Part shown: one piece after another, positions 9,912-21,069 of the stretch | Layout of the letters: every line of letters begins with the position of its first letter | How positions within the stretch are numbered: position 1 is the first letter of the stretch | NCBI GenBank assembly: GCA_964510615.1 | Contig: CAZEBA010000009.1 | Location: forward strand, 5,815 to 69,814 | Direction of reading: 5' to 3' | From: an uncultured Gemmatimonadota bacterium | Lineage (GTDB): Bacteria > Gemmatimonadota > Gemmatimonadetes > Palauibacterales > Palauibacteraceae | DNA length: 64,000 nt | Position numbers and translations under genes: made by a program | Notes under the pieces: generated by a model | Told to the model about the DNA's origin: nothing | The model's database searches: none | The model's input: the letters and a program-made list of their open reading frames with translations, nothing else

Positions 9912-10881
9912 TCAGGAAGCGCGCAGGACCCGGCCGGCCCGCCGGGCGAGACTCGCCGCGTCGGGAGCAGCGAGGGCCTGCCGCATGGCGCGGTGTCCCT
10001 CGTCGACGAGGTAGTCGTTGAAGTCGAAATCGAACGCCGGAACATGGGCGGCGGCAGGCCGCACGACCGTCAGCGGAGGACCGGACCACGCCTCGAGCAC
10101 GGCACGGCGGCGCGCGCCGGCCACGATCCCGAACACGCGCTCGTTGATCGCCAGCATGCCTTCCTCGATGATCTCCGCCGGATCGTCTCCCACGCCTTCC
10201 GTGGTGGCGTCCACGGCCAGGATCCAGGAGGCGCCGAGAGTCACCGCGCGCTCGAGGGCGAAGGTGTCCAGGATGCCACCATCCAGGTAATACCCCCCAT
10301 CGATCTCGACCGGCGGGTAGAAGGTGGGCACGGAGCAGGAGGCCCACACCGCATCGAGAAGATCGGCGGTGGAGACCGCCTCTACCTCCCCGACGCGTGT
10401 ACCGAACCACCGCATCTCGCCCGACCCGAGGTCCACGGCGTTGACCTGGAGCGGAATCACCAGGTCATCGAAGGTGCGGGCCGGGACCAGCCGTTCCATG
10501 TACTGGCGGAGGACATCACCCCGAAACAGGGCAGGTCGGCGGACGCCGTTGAGCAGCAGCACGCGGCGGTCGAGGGTGGCGATCTCCTTGCGAACCACCG
10601 ACCGGGCCGCCCGCTCGACCATCTCCCAGTCGGCACCTGCCGCCGCCGCCGCGCCGACGAGGGCGCCGATGCTGGTGCCGACGATGGCGTGCGGCCGCAG
10701 TCCGAGCTCCAGCAGCGCCTTCCAGGCTCCGACGTGCACGAGGCCCCGCAGGCCGCCGCCGCTGAACACGAGGACCACCCGTTCCCGCTTTCGATCGCCG
10801 GCCGCCGGCTCCCGGGTCTTCAGCCGGCGCGCCGCCCGCCGGCTGGCCTTCTTGAGCCGGGAGAGTACGCTCCGGCTCATG
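9912..10881 (-). CDS. Patatin-like phospholipase
   Basis: Glycine-rich oxyanion loop VFSGGGLRG, nucleophile elbow GTSIG (G-x-S-x-G), and DGG catalytic Asp motif (YLDGGILD). The start at MSRSVL overlaps the hyuB stop (ATGA). The ORF track's longer 9912-11012 frame is an N-terminal over-extension. Confidence 0.8.
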
Positions 10882-12514
10882 CCTCGGACCCCTGGCTGCC
10901 GTACCCGCCGCCGCCCGGCGTTCGGATGCTCAGGATGTCTCCCGCCTTCACGTCGAGGCAGACCTTGCCCGGGAGCTCCTTCTCCGACCGTCCGCGAATC
11001 AGGACGTTGCATCCTCTTCGGCCGGCACCGCCCCCCTCGAGGCCATACGGGCCCACGCGTCGGCGATCGGAGAGGATGCAGGCCCGGGCGGATTGCAGCA
11101 CCTGGAGGTCCCGGCGCACGCCGTCGCCTCCGCGGTGGCGACCGTCTCCGCCGGAGCCGCGCCGCACCTCGTTTCGAAGCACCCTGAGAGGGTAGGCATA
11201 CTCGAGGGCCTCGGCCGGCGTGTTGAGGGTGTTGGTCATGTGCGTATGGGTCGCGCTCGCGCCTTCGCCGTCCCGGCCGGCGCCTGCACCGCCGGCGATC
11301 GTCTCATAGTAGGCGAACGACCGCCCACGGGCTGCATCCTGTCCGCCTACGGTCAGGTTGTTCATGGTACCCTGGCTCGCCGCCGGCACCCGGCCCGGCA
11401 GAGCCTGCGCCAGCGCACCCAGGAGCACGTCGGTGATGCGCTGCGAGGTCTCGACATTGCCGGCCGCTACGGCAGCCGGTGGCCGCGGGTTCACTACCGA
11501 GCCCTCCGGAGCCTTGACTCGAATCGGCCTCAGCACGCCCCCGTTGGACGGGATCGCCTCCCCGAGCAGGGCCCGGAAGACATAGTAGGTCGCGGAGAGG
11601 GCCACTGCGTACGGTGCGTTCACGCTGCTCGGCCTCTGCGGGCTGGTGCCGGCGAAGTCCACCTCGGCTTCGTCGCCGCGGATCTCGATCGTCGCCACGA
11701 TCGGCACCGGCTCCTCCCCGACGCCATCGTCGTCGAGCGCATCCTCGAACCGGTACCGACCATCCGGGATCGAATCGAGGAACCGCCGCGTCACTTGCTC
11801 GGTGTACTCGACCAGCGCGCCCATGTACCGCAGCATGGCCTCCGGGCCGTACCGGGCACACATCGCCCCGAACCGCAGCTCGCCGCGGCGGATGGAAGCG
11901 AGCTGCGCCCTCAGGTCGCCCTCCCGCTCCCGAGGCGTCCGCACGCTCTCCCGAATCAGCTCCATCACCTCCGGCTCAACCACGCCGCCTCGCACGAGCA
12001 GACGAGGAGAGATCACCACCCCTTCCTCGGACAGTTCCGTCGCCAGGCCCATGGAGCCGGGCGTGCGACCGCCGACGTCGGCGTGGTGTGCGCGGTTGGC
12101 GACGAATCCGAGCAGCCCTTCGCCCGCTCGGGACCCGGCATCCGAGGTCTCGACGCGCGTGCCTTCGGCAAACACGGGAGCGACGAGGGTGAGGTCGGGC
12201 AGGTGTGTTCCGCCGCGGTAGGGGTCGTTGAGGATCGCGACGTCGCCGCGACCGAGCTCCAGCGCCTCCACGCAGCTGGCGACGGAAAGCGGCATCGCCC
12301 CGAGGTGGACGGGAATGTGGGCTGCCAGGGCCGCCATCTCGGCCGATGGATCGAAGAGCGCGCAGGAGTAGTCGCGCCGCTCCTTGATGTTGGGAGAGAA
12401 CGCGGAGCGCCGGAGAACCGCACCCATCTCCTCGGCGACCGAGGAGAGCAGGTGGCGCGTCACCTCCAATCGAACGGGATCCAGGCCGGTCACCGGAACG
12501 TCCTTCACCGCCAC
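10877..12514 (-). CDS. hyuB: Hydantoinase B/5-oxoprolinase subunit B family protein
   Basis: 545 aa. VTRHLLSSVAEEMGAVLRRSAFSPNIKERRDYSCALFD is the diagnostic HyuB N-terminal block. Confidence 0.85.
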   Translation of the reverse strand: MAVKDVPVTGLDPVRLEVTRHLLSSVAEEMGAVLRRSAFSPNIKERRDYSCALFDPSAEMAALAAHIPVHLGAMPLSVASCVEALELGRGDVAILNDPYRGGTHLPDLTLVAPVFAEGTRVETSDAGSRAGEGLLGFVANRAHHADVGGRTPGSMGLATELSEEGVVISPRLLVRGGVVEPEVMELIRESVRTPREREGDLRAQLASIRRGELRFGAMCARYGPEAMLRYMGALVEYTEQVTRRFLDSIPDGRYRFEDALDDDGVGEEPVPIVATIEIRGDEAEVDFAGTSPQRPSSVNAPYAVALSATYYVFRALLGEAIPSNGGVLRPIRVKAPEGSVVNPRPPAAVAAGNVETSQRITDVLLGALAQALPGRVPAASQGTMNNLTVGGQDAARGRSFAYYETIAGGAGAGRDGEGASATHTHMTNTLNTPAEALEYAYPLRVLRNEVRRGSGGDGRHRGGDGVRRDLQVLQSARACILSDRRRVGPYGLEGGGAGRRGCNVLIRGRSEKELPGKVCLDVKAGDILSIRTPGGGGYGSQGSEA

Positions 12515-14613
12515 CGCCCCACCCGGACGACGAGGTTGCCGTGGCGGTCGACCGCGGCGTGCTCGGCCGGACCCAGCCAGACCGTGGTGTCCGCCGCGAC
12601 CACCACCGCGGGTCCCTCGATCTCATGGCCCGGACGGAGACCGTCGTGCTCGTAGACGGGTGCGTCCCTGACATCGAGCTCAACCGCCGCACCGGTCGCA
12701 TCGCCAGCGGTATCACCAGTGGCATCGCCGGCCGCGAGACCGATGACCACGGGCCTACGCTCGACCGCGGGCGGCGGGCCGGCGGCGGCGGGGCCCGGAT
12801 GCGGGCTCAGCGTGGCCCCCGCGACCCGCCCGGTGGCCCGCACCCGCAGGTTGACGAGCTCGATCGGAGCGGTCGGGTCCGAGTGACCGTAGAGGCGCTC
12901 GTGCTCGGCGTGAAACCGGGCGACGAAGTCGGGGGTCAGCGGCACGCCGATCTCGAACCCTTGGCCCTCGTATCGAAGATCGAGCGCGGACCGAAGTCCG
13001 ATCCGATCGGAGGCGACTTCGTCGGCGACCAGATCGTCCCGGCCGCGCGCCTCGAGGCGCCGGCAGGCGACGTCGATCTCGGCGAACGGAGCCTCCTCCG
13101 ACCACATGACCGTCCGCACGTAGTCCTTCACCACATCGGCCGCCAGCATGCCGAAGGCCGACAGGACCGACGCGGAGGGCGGCACGAGCACCACGCGGAT
13201 GCCGAGGGCCCGCGCAAGCTCGCATGCATGGAGCCCTCCGGCTCCGCCGAAGGAGACGAGCGCGAAGTCCTCCGGGTCGTGCCCGCGCTCGACCGTGATC
13301 GCGCGCAACGCCCGCTCCATCCGGGCGTTCGCCACCCGCACCACTCCGAGCGCCGCCAGCCGCGCGACCCCTTCGGCCTCGGCGCCTCGGGCGTCGAGGC
13401 CGGCCGCCTGGCCGAGGCGGGCCAGCGTCCGCATGGCCGCCTCCTCGTCCACCGGGTGGGCGCCGCCCAGGAACCGGTCGGCCGGGAGGCGTCCCAGGAC
13501 GACGTTGGCATCTGTAACGGTCGGCTGCGCGCCGCCCCGGCCGTAGCAGACCGGGCCCGGCATCGCCCCCGCGCTCTCGGGACCGACCCTCAGTGCCCCT
13601 CCGGCGTCGAGCCGGGCGATCGACCCGCCGCCCGATCCGACCGTGTGGATGTCCACCATCGGCACCCGCACCGGCAGGCCCGCGATCGACCCTTCGGCGG
13701 TGGACGGGATCGCCCCGTCCAGCAGGGCCACGTCGGTCGACGTACCGCCCATGTCGAAGGCGATCACCCGCGGGCTCCCGGCCGTGCCGGCGACCTGCAG
13801 CGCGCCGACCACTCCCGCCGCCGGCCCGGACAGGATCGAGCGCACCGCCTCGCTTCGGGCCACCTCCGGCCCGGCGCTCCCGCCGTTCGAGAGCATGATA
13901 CGGAGCCTGCTCCCCGGGAGCCGACGCTCGAGGCGTGCCAGATAGCGGTCCAGCGCCGGGGCAACGTAGGCGTCGATGACCGTCGTGCTGGCCCGCTCGT
14001 ATTCTCGGAACTCAGGGAGCACCTCGGAGGAGAGCGAGACGTGGAAGCCCGCCTTCCGCAGGGCCGCGCCGATCCGCTGCTCGTGGTCGGGGCGAACGAA
14101 CGAGAACAGCAGGCAGACGGCCACCGACTCGACCCGGGCGAGCCGGAGCGACTCCACCAGCCGGGAGAGCGACTCCTCCTCGAGGGGCTCGAGCACCTCG
14201 CCCGTCGGCGCTACCCGTTCCGCGACCTCGAAGCAGAGGTCCTCGGGCACGAGCGGTGCCGGTCGCCGCGATCCGAAATCGAACAGATCGGGACGGTCCT
14301 GACGCGCGAGGGCGAGGAGGTCGCGAAACCCACGCGTGGTCACGAACGCCGTTCGCGCTCCCTTGCGCTCCAGTACGGCATTGGTGGCCACCGTCGATCC
14401 GTGCACGACTTCCCCGATCACCGGCCGGGATGCTCCCTCCCCGGTGCGGAGTTGACCCAGGAGCCGATCGAGCCCCTCCAGCACGGCCCGCGAGGGGTCG
14501 TGCGGGGTCGAAAACAGCTTCAGGCGGTGCAGCGTGCCGGCATCGTCCAGGGCCGCCAGATCGGTGAACGTGCCCCCGACATCGACCCCGACCCGCAGTC
14601 GCCGATCGGCCAT
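12505..14613 (-). CDS. hyuA: Hydantoinase/5-oxoprolinase subunit A family protein
   Basis: The true start is MADRRLRVGVDVGGTFTDL (ATG complement at 14613-14611) with GGAG 4-6 nt upstream. The ORF track's extra ~300 N-terminal aa are antisense to the adjacent gene. There is a 10-nt overlap with hyuB. Confidence 0.85.
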   Translation of the reverse strand: MADRRLRVGVDVGGTFTDLAALDDAGTLHRLKLFSTPHDPSRAVLEGLDRLLGQLRTGEGASRPVIGEVVHGSTVATNAVLERKGARTAFVTTRGFRDLLALARQDRPDLFDFGSRRPAPLVPEDLCFEVAERVAPTGEVLEPLEEESLSRLVESLRLARVESVAVCLLFSFVRPDHEQRIGAALRKAGFHVSLSSEVLPEFREYERASTTVIDAYVAPALDRYLARLERRLPGSRLRIMLSNGGSAGPEVARSEAVRSILSGPAAGVVGALQVAGTAGSPRVIAFDMGGTSTDVALLDGAIPSTAEGSIAGLPVRVPMVDIHTVGSGGGSIARLDAGGALRVGPESAGAMPGPVCYGRGGAQPTVTDANVVLGRLPADRFLGGAHPVDEEAAMRTLARLGQAAGLDARGAEAEGVARLAALGVVRVANARMERALRAITVERGHDPEDFALVSFGGAGGLHACELARALGIRVVLVPPSASVLSAFGMLAADVVKDYVRTVMWSEEAPFAEIDVACRRLEARGRDDLVADEVASDRIGLRSALDLRYEGQGFEIGVPLTPDFVARFHAEHERLYGHSDPTAPIELVNLRVRATGRVAGATLSPHPGPAAAGPPPAVERRPVVIGLAAGDATGDTAGDATGAAVELDVRDAPVYEHDGLRPGHEIEGPAVVVAADTTVWLGPAEHAAVDRHGNLVVRVGRWR

Positions 14614-14718
14614 CGGCTCCGTGTTCACGCTTCCCGCCTTTGACTCGTTTCCACCACGGCGCAGATAATACGCCCGCGCAGGCTGCAGCGAGAGCGGGCT
14701 CACTGCGGCAAGAATAGA

Positions 14719-15687
14719 ATGACGGTGGCAGGAGCGGACGCACCGGGACGAGGAGGGCGACGACGCGTGGCCGGTTCCGAGATCAGGTTGCGGACCCCCG
14801 ACGACTTCGGTTTCCTGTCGACGGTCTACTCGCATGGCTGGTACCAGTGCCCACCTTTCCACTGGGATGTCGAGGCGAGGGTGCTGTCGCGCGTGATGCG
14901 GACGGCCGCCGGCAGACCGCTGATGGTGCGGATCCGCGAGCCGAGACGGGGCGATCTCCGGGTCGAGACCATCAGTGGCAGCCCGCTGTCCGACACGGAC
15001 CGAAGGCACCTGCGCGCCGTGGTCAGGAACGTGTTCCAGCTCGACCGCGACATCTCCGGCTTCCACGCCCTCTGTCGCCAATACGACCATCTCGCCGCCA
15101 TCCCGCGGATCGGAGCGGGCCGCTTCCTGCGCTGTCCCTCCGCCTGGGAGGAGATCGTGAAGGCGATCTGCGGCACCAACGTCCAGTGGTCCCAGGCGGT
15201 GCGGATGATCTCGCGGGTGGCCGAGCTCGGGGAGCCGGTGGACGGGCTGCACGCCTGGCCGACGCCGGAGCGGCTGCTGCATGCCGGAGAGAGCGAGCTT
15301 CGGACCCGCTGCCGCCTCGGCTACCGCGCCCCCTACCTGATCGAGCTGGCCTCCGCCCTGGCGGAGGGACGGCTGGACCTGCGGCCGATCGAGCGCGGCG
15401 AGCTCGCGGCGACCGATCTTCGCCAAGCCTATCTCGCCGTGAAGGGGATCGGGCCGGCGACCGCGGACTATCTGATGATCCTCAACGGGTTCGCCGATCG
15501 GCTTTCGATCGACAGCTCGGTGTACGCCTACGTCAAGGACCGCCATTTCGGAGGACGACGGCCTACTGCGGCCGAGATCGAGCGGCTCTACGAGCCGTAC
15601 GGAGAGTGGCGCGCTCTCGCCTACTGGTTCGAGGCCCTCCAGGAATGGTGGTGGGGCCCGGCGGGATTCGACTTCAAGCCGGAGTAA
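14719..15687 (+). CDS. DNA-3-methyladenine glycosylase II-like HhH-GPD base-excision repair protein
   Basis: AlkA N-terminal-like domain followed by an HhH-GPD region (WEEIVKAICGTNVQWSQAVRM, LAVKGIGPATADYLMI). Confidence 0.7.
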   Translation: MTVAGADAPGRGGRRRVAGSEIRLRTPDDFGFLSTVYSHGWYQCPPFHWDVEARVLSRVMRTAAGRPLMVRIREPRRGDLRVETISGSPLSDTDRRHLRAVVRNVFQLDRDISGFHALCRQYDHLAAIPRIGAGRFLRCPSAWEEIVKAICGTNVQWSQAVRMISRVAELGEPVDGLHAWPTPERLLHAGESELRTRCRLGYRAPYLIELASALAEGRLDLRPIERGELAATDLRQAYLAVKGIGPATADYLMILNGFADRLSIDSSVYAYVKDRHFGGRRPTAAEIERLYEPYGEWRALAYWFEALQEWWWGPAGFDFKPE

Positions 15688-15703
15688 GGGCGTTTCACGC
15701 CGG

Positions 15704-16837
15704 GTGACATCGCTCGTTATAAGGGGGATGCTGCGGCTTGGCGAGCCGGGCGGGCGAGAGGAGGCGGAGGGGGACTCGGAGGGCGATGGAATGGAAGCTG
15801 GGCTGACCGGTGATGGGAAGCGGATGATGGAGGCAGCTGGGACCTCGGGATCCGAGCGCTGGCGTCTGCTCGCCGCCTTCGCGGCGGTCTACCTCATCTG
15901 GGGATCCACCTACCTCGCCATCCGGTTCGCCATCGAGACGCTGCCGCCGTTCCTGATGGCCGGCGTCCGGTTCGTGATCGCCGGCGGCGTTCTGTATGCG
16001 GCGGCTCGGGCGCTCGGGGCACAGCGCCCGCGGTGGCTGCACTGGCGTTCGGCCCTCGTCGTCGGCGCGTTTCTCCTCCTGGGAGGCAACGGCGGAGTGG
16101 TCTGGGCCGAGCAGACTGTCCCGTCGGGGCTCACGGCCCTGATCGTCGCGATCGTGCCTCTCTGGCTCGTTCTGTTCGACTGGCTGCGCGGAACCGGCTC
16201 GCGTCCGGGCCTGGGCGTGATCCTCGGCATCCTGCTCGGCTTCGCGGGAGTCGGGTTGCTCGTCGGACCGGGCGGGCTCGGCAGGGGCGAGACGATCGAC
16301 CCGGTCGGCGCTGCCGTGGTGGTCCTCGCCTCGATCCTGTGGGCGGCCGGTTCCATCTATGCCCGCTACGCGGACTTGCCGGCCTCCCAGACCCTGGCGA
16401 CCGGGATGGAGATGTTCGCGGGCGGCATCCTGCTGCTGGCGGCAGCGACCGCCACCGGCGAGTGGGGACGGTTGGACGCAGGGGCCATCTCGTCGAGCTC
16501 GCTGCTCGCGCTCGCTTACCTGATCGTCTTCGGCGCCATCATCGGCTTCAGCGCCTACGTGTGGCTGCTCCGCGCCACCACTCCGGCCCGAGCCGGCACC
16601 TACGCCTACGTGAACCCGGTCGTGGCCGTACTTCTCGGCTGGGCGCTGGCAGGCGAACCGCTCGGTCCGCGCATCCTGCTGGCGGGCGCGATGATCGTCA
16701 CCGCTGTGGTGCTGATCATCGGCCGGCCGGTCCGCAGGCGCGCACGGAATCCGCAGAGCTCTCCCCTGCCCGCCGCCGGCACCGGCCCGACGCCGCAGGT
16801 CGCCATCACCGGCTCGGCCGCGAGCGACCCCGGCTGA
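15704..16837 (+). CDS. EamA/DMT family transporter
   Basis: 10-TM protein with two EamA repeats (LIWGSTYLAIRFAIETLPPF; YLIVFGAIIGFSAYVWLL). The start is probably internal (MMEAAGT or MEAGLT). Confidence 0.75.
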   Translation: MTSLVIRGMLRLGEPGGREEAEGDSEGDGMEAGLTGDGKRMMEAAGTSGSERWRLLAAFAAVYLIWGSTYLAIRFAIETLPPFLMAGVRFVIAGGVLYAAARALGAQRPRWLHWRSALVVGAFLLLGGNGGVVWAEQTVPSGLTALIVAIVPLWLVLFDWLRGTGSRPGLGVILGILLGFAGVGLLVGPGGLGRGETIDPVGAAVVVLASILWAAGSIYARYADLPASQTLATGMEMFAGGILLLAAATATGEWGRLDAGAISSSSLLALAYLIVFGAIIGFSAYVWLLRATTPARAGTYAYVNPVVAVLLGWALAGEPLGPRILLAGAMIVTAVVLIIGRPVRRRARNPQSSPLPAAGTGPTPQVAITGSAASDPG

Positions 16838-16871
16838 AAGCCGGCCCCCGGTAGGCCGACGTCGACCGGAC

Positions 16872-18113
16872 CTAGAAGACGCGGATCAGCGCCCTCGCGC
16901 CGAGCACGAGCGCGATCAGCACCACGCCGATCCCGGCCAGGTTGGCCCGGCGGCCGTTCGCCCACTCCCCCATCCGGGACCGGTCGTTGACCGCGACCAG
17001 CAGGAACACGGCGACCGCCGGCAGCAGCAGACCGTTGGCCACCTGCGCGAACAGGATCAGCGGCACCGAGCGGAAGCCGGCGGCGGCGAAGGCGGCCCCG
17101 ACGCCGAGGACGGCGATCCACGTCGCCCTCGCTCGACCGGTCCGCAGGGCAGGATCCCACCCCAGCGTGCCGGTGGCGGCGTAGGCGGCAGCCAACGGAG
17201 CGGTGACCGCCGACGAGAGGCCGGCCGCGAGCAGACCGGCGGCGAAAAAGCCCCGGGCCCATCCCCCCAGCAGCGGCTCGAGCTGAACGGCCATGTCGGC
17301 GGCGTCCCCGATCACCGCGCCGCGGGCGCCGCCGGCGGCCGTGACCACGATGGCCATGCTCACGATTCCTCCGAGGAAGATCGACACCGCCGCGTCGCGG
17401 CGGGCGGCGGGTAGCGCCTCCGTCCCGGACCAGCGCTGCCTCACGGCGGAAGCGTGAAGGAAGAGGTTGTACGGAACCGCCGTCGTTCCGATCAGTCCTA
17501 CGACCAGCAACAGGTCGCGCCCGCCGGGCAGGTGCGGCACGAGGAGTCCTTTCGCCAGCTCGCCTGCCGGCGGTGCCAGCACGAACGCCGTGGAGAGGAA
17601 GGTGACCGCCATCACCGCCACCAACCCCACCAGCACCCGCTCCACGATCCGGTAGCGGCCGGTCCAGAGGAGGGCGAAGGCCACCGCAGCCAGCACGAGC
17701 GCGGCGACGCGGGCCGAGCCGCCGAACAGTGCCTCCGCGCCGAGAGCCCCACCGGCCAGGTTGCCCGCCTCGAAGGCCGCGTTGCCGACGCCGATCGCCG
17801 ACAGCACGAGCCCCACCGCCAGCAGGCGGGCCAGTGGCTGAGCGAACCGCTGACGGATCGCTTCGCCCAGCCCCGCTCCGGTCACCAGCCCGAGGCGGGC
17901 CGCCATCTCCTGGAGGACGAGCGTAGCCAGGACGGAGAACAGCAGCGCCCACAGGAGCTCGACCCCGTGCTCGGCGCCAGCCAGCGTGGCCGTGGTCACC
18001 GTCCCGGGGCCGATGAACGCCGCAGCCACCATCGCACCGGGGCCCGTGCCGGGCCACGCCCGCGGCCGCCTCACGCTGCTCTTGCGCTCCTTCGAGCTAC
18101 CTCGAGAATCCAT
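16872..18113 (-). CDS. mntH: Nramp family divalent metal (Mn2+/Fe2+) transporter
   Basis: Conserved Nramp blocks: GPGTVTTATLAGAEHGVELLWALL and the MntH-like MPH consensus region. Confidence 0.8.
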   Translation of the reverse strand: MDSRGSSKERKSSVRRPRAWPGTGPGAMVAAAFIGPGTVTTATLAGAEHGVELLWALLFSVLATLVLQEMAARLGLVTGAGLGEAIRQRFAQPLARLLAVGLVLSAIGVGNAAFEAGNLAGGALGAEALFGGSARVAALVLAAVAFALLWTGRYRIVERVLVGLVAVMAVTFLSTAFVLAPPAGELAKGLLVPHLPGGRDLLLVVGLIGTTAVPYNLFLHASAVRQRWSGTEALPAARRDAAVSIFLGGIVSMAIVVTAAGGARGAVIGDAADMAVQLEPLLGGWARGFFAAGLLAAGLSSAVTAPLAAAYAATGTLGWDPALRTGRARATWIAVLGVGAAFAAAGFRSVPLILFAQVANGLLLPAVAVFLLVAVNDRSRMGEWANGRRANLAGIGVVLIALVLGARALIRVF

Positions 18114-18114
18114 C

Positions 18115-19239
18115 CTAGCCTACGAAGCCGCGGGTCAGATAGGCGATCCCGAGGCCCAGGTAGTTCCCGATCGCGTATCCGAGCAGGCCGGCCGCCATGC
18201 CGGGCAGGATCAACCCCGGCCATCGACGGGCGATCGCCATCGCCATCGCGGTTGTCGGGCCGCCGATCGCCGCCTGCGAGGCGACCGACAGGGTACCGGG
18301 ACTCAAGCGGGCCAACCGGCCGACCCCGTACAGAAGGGCCCCGTGCACGGCCACGACGATCATCATCAGATAGAGCACCTGGGGCCCGACGCGTGCGATC
18401 TCCCCCACGCGAGAGCTGATCCCCATCAGGGTGAAGAAGAGGTGAAGCGCCACCGTGCCCAGCAGCATGGAACCCGAGAGCCGGCGCACGGGCGGGATCT
18501 GGCCGGCCGCCAGCGCCAGGGTCGTGAGCCAGAGCACGGCCGGGATGGCCGGCACGGCAGCGGCCAGCCGATCCGAGGCCCAGATCAGGGTGAACCCGAG
18601 CGCGAACAGCGCCGTCAGGTCGAGGACACGCAGCGCCGGCGACTCGTGGATCGACGGAAGAGCGGAGGCCGTGCGCCCCGGCACCTCGGCCCTCTCCTTC
18701 GTGCCGCGCGCCAGCCAGAGCGGCAGCAGAAGGGTCGCGCCGAACCAGACCGCGGTCACGATGTTGTCGGCCGCCGTCGCCGCCGCGAACAGGGACGGCG
18801 GCAAACCGAGTTCCCGCCCGATCGCCACGAAGTTGAGGCTCCCGCCCGAGTAGGTCCCCGTCGTGACGCCGGCAAGCTTCCATGCTTCGTCACCGAAGGC
18901 GCCGGAGAGGACGACAGCGCCCACCACCGCCCCGGCCGCCGTCCCGACGACTCCGATCAGAAAGGCGAGCAGCATCGTCGGGCCCGCCTCCCGCAGGTCG
19001 TCGAGGCGCACCGAGATCAGGAGCCAGGCGATCGCGAGAGAGGTGACGGGACCGAAGATCCCCTCGTAAATCGGCGAGCCGACGGGAACGAGCCCAAGGT
19101 TGGAGAGCGCGGCCCCGAACAGGATGGCCAGGAGCGCCGCGCCCACGTTCCTCGCCCACCGGTAGCGGCCCTCCAGCCAGAAGGCGACCGACGTGGCGAT
19201 GGCTATGACAGCCGCCAGCGCGACCGGGTCCGAGATCAA
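18115..19239 (-). CDS. DUF819-type polytopic membrane protein
   Basis: 374 aa with ~10 TM helices. The family assignment is from memory of DUF819 N-terminal conservation and is low-moderate. It is 2 bp upstream of mntH on the same strand. Confidence 0.45.
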   Translation of the reverse strand: MISDPVALAAVIAIATSVAFWLEGRYRWARNVGAALLAILFGAALSNLGLVPVGSPIYEGIFGPVTSLAIAWLLISVRLDDLREAGPTMLLAFLIGVVGTAAGAVVGAVVLSGAFGDEAWKLAGVTTGTYSGGSLNFVAIGRELGLPPSLFAAATAADNIVTAVWFGATLLLPLWLARGTKERAEVPGRTASALPSIHESPALRVLDLTALFALGFTLIWASDRLAAAVPAIPAVLWLTTLALAAGQIPPVRRLSGSMLLGTVALHLFFTLMGISSRVGEIARVGPQVLYLMMIVVAVHGALLYGVGRLARLSPGTLSVASQAAIGGPTTAMAMAIARRWPGLILPGMAAGLLGYAIGNYLGLGIAYLTRGFVG

Positions 19240-19240
19240 G

Positions 19241-19295
19241 CGACCCGGTCCGAGATCAAGCGCGTGCGCCCGGGATCAAGCGCCTGGAGGCCAAC
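19241..19295. repeat. 20-bp tandem direct repeat CGACCCGGTCCGAGATCAAG x2 plus a partial third copy, at the DUF819 start
   Basis: Read directly at 19241-19260 and 19261-19280. A partial copy CCCGGGATCAAGCG follows at ~19283-19295. Confidence 0.5.
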
Positions 19296-20555
<1,260 letters not shown>

Positions 20556-20573
20556 CTCTCGACTCTCACCTTT

Positions 20574-20801
20574 CTAGCTGGCGGACGCGGCCCGCTCCGC
20601 CGCCTCGAACCCGATCTGGTTGTGGGTGCCGTCACAGAACGGCTTGGTTCGCGAGCCACCGCACCGGCAGAGAGCAAACGTCGCCCGCCCCTTCGTGTCC
20701 CATTCCCCGCCGTCCGGATCGATCACGCGCGCCGGGCCGGTCACCAGGTACGGCCCGTTCTCCAGTGCCCGGATCGACACCTCGTTCTGGCTATTTCGCA
20801 C
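20574..20801 (-). CDS. CDGSH-type iron-sulfur domain protein
   Basis: 75 aa. CRCGGSRTKPFCDGTH is the CDGSH 2Fe-2S signature. It lies 18 bp upstream of icd on the same strand. Confidence 0.8.
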   Translation of the reverse strand: MRNSQNEVSIRALENGPYLVTGPARVIDPDGGEWDTKGRATFALCRCGGSRTKPFCDGTHNQIGFEAAERAASAS

Positions 20802-20943
20802 CGCTGCTCCTTCCGTTTCACCATGGGGTCACCAGGGACCCCGATCCCATCCCTTCCGTTCGCTCGGATCATAGCACTTGGCGCCAGCGAGCCGCGAGCG
20901 GTTCCGGCCGGCTTCCGTCGAGCACGGAGCCACGCCCGGAGCG

Positions 20944-21048
20944 GGCAGGCGAGGCTTCCCAGTGGGCAGGCGAGGCTTCCCAGCGGGCAGGCGAGGCATC
21001 CCAGCGGGCTGGCGAGGGGTCCCAGCGGGCTGGCGAGGGGTCCCAGCG
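20944..21048. repeat. 21-bp tandem repeat GGGCAGGCGAGGCTTCCCAGC x5 (slightly degenerate)
   Basis: Five head-to-tail copies, open in all three forward frames. In the hemE frame they would read GRRGFPV/GRRGFPA/GRRGIPA/GWRGVPA/GWRGVPA. They lie between the divergent CDGSH gene and hemE. Confidence 0.6.
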
Positions 21049-21069
21049 GGCGGTACAGTTCCCGGCCCA

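Noticed and set aside
12541-14643. 700-aa plus-strand ORF antisense to hyuA
   Set aside because: Arg/Gly/Pro-rich nonsense translation. hyuA on the minus strand has canonical motifs.
14614-15546. About 300-aa N-terminal extension of the hyuA ORF in the track (12505-15546)
   Set aside because: The extension is antisense to the alkA-like gene and lacks homology. The canonical HyuA N-terminus MADRRLRVGVDVGGTFTD begins at 14613 with a good RBS.
16838-16871. Possible bidirectional terminator between convergent eamA and mntH
   Set aside because: Only 34 bp, with no convincing GC stem plus T-tract.
20944-21048. Tandem repeats as a CRISPR array
   Set aside because: Units are contiguous with no spacers, only 21 bp, and there are no cas genes. 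It is a simple VNTR, not CRISPR. The same applies to the 20-bp and 15-bp arrays.
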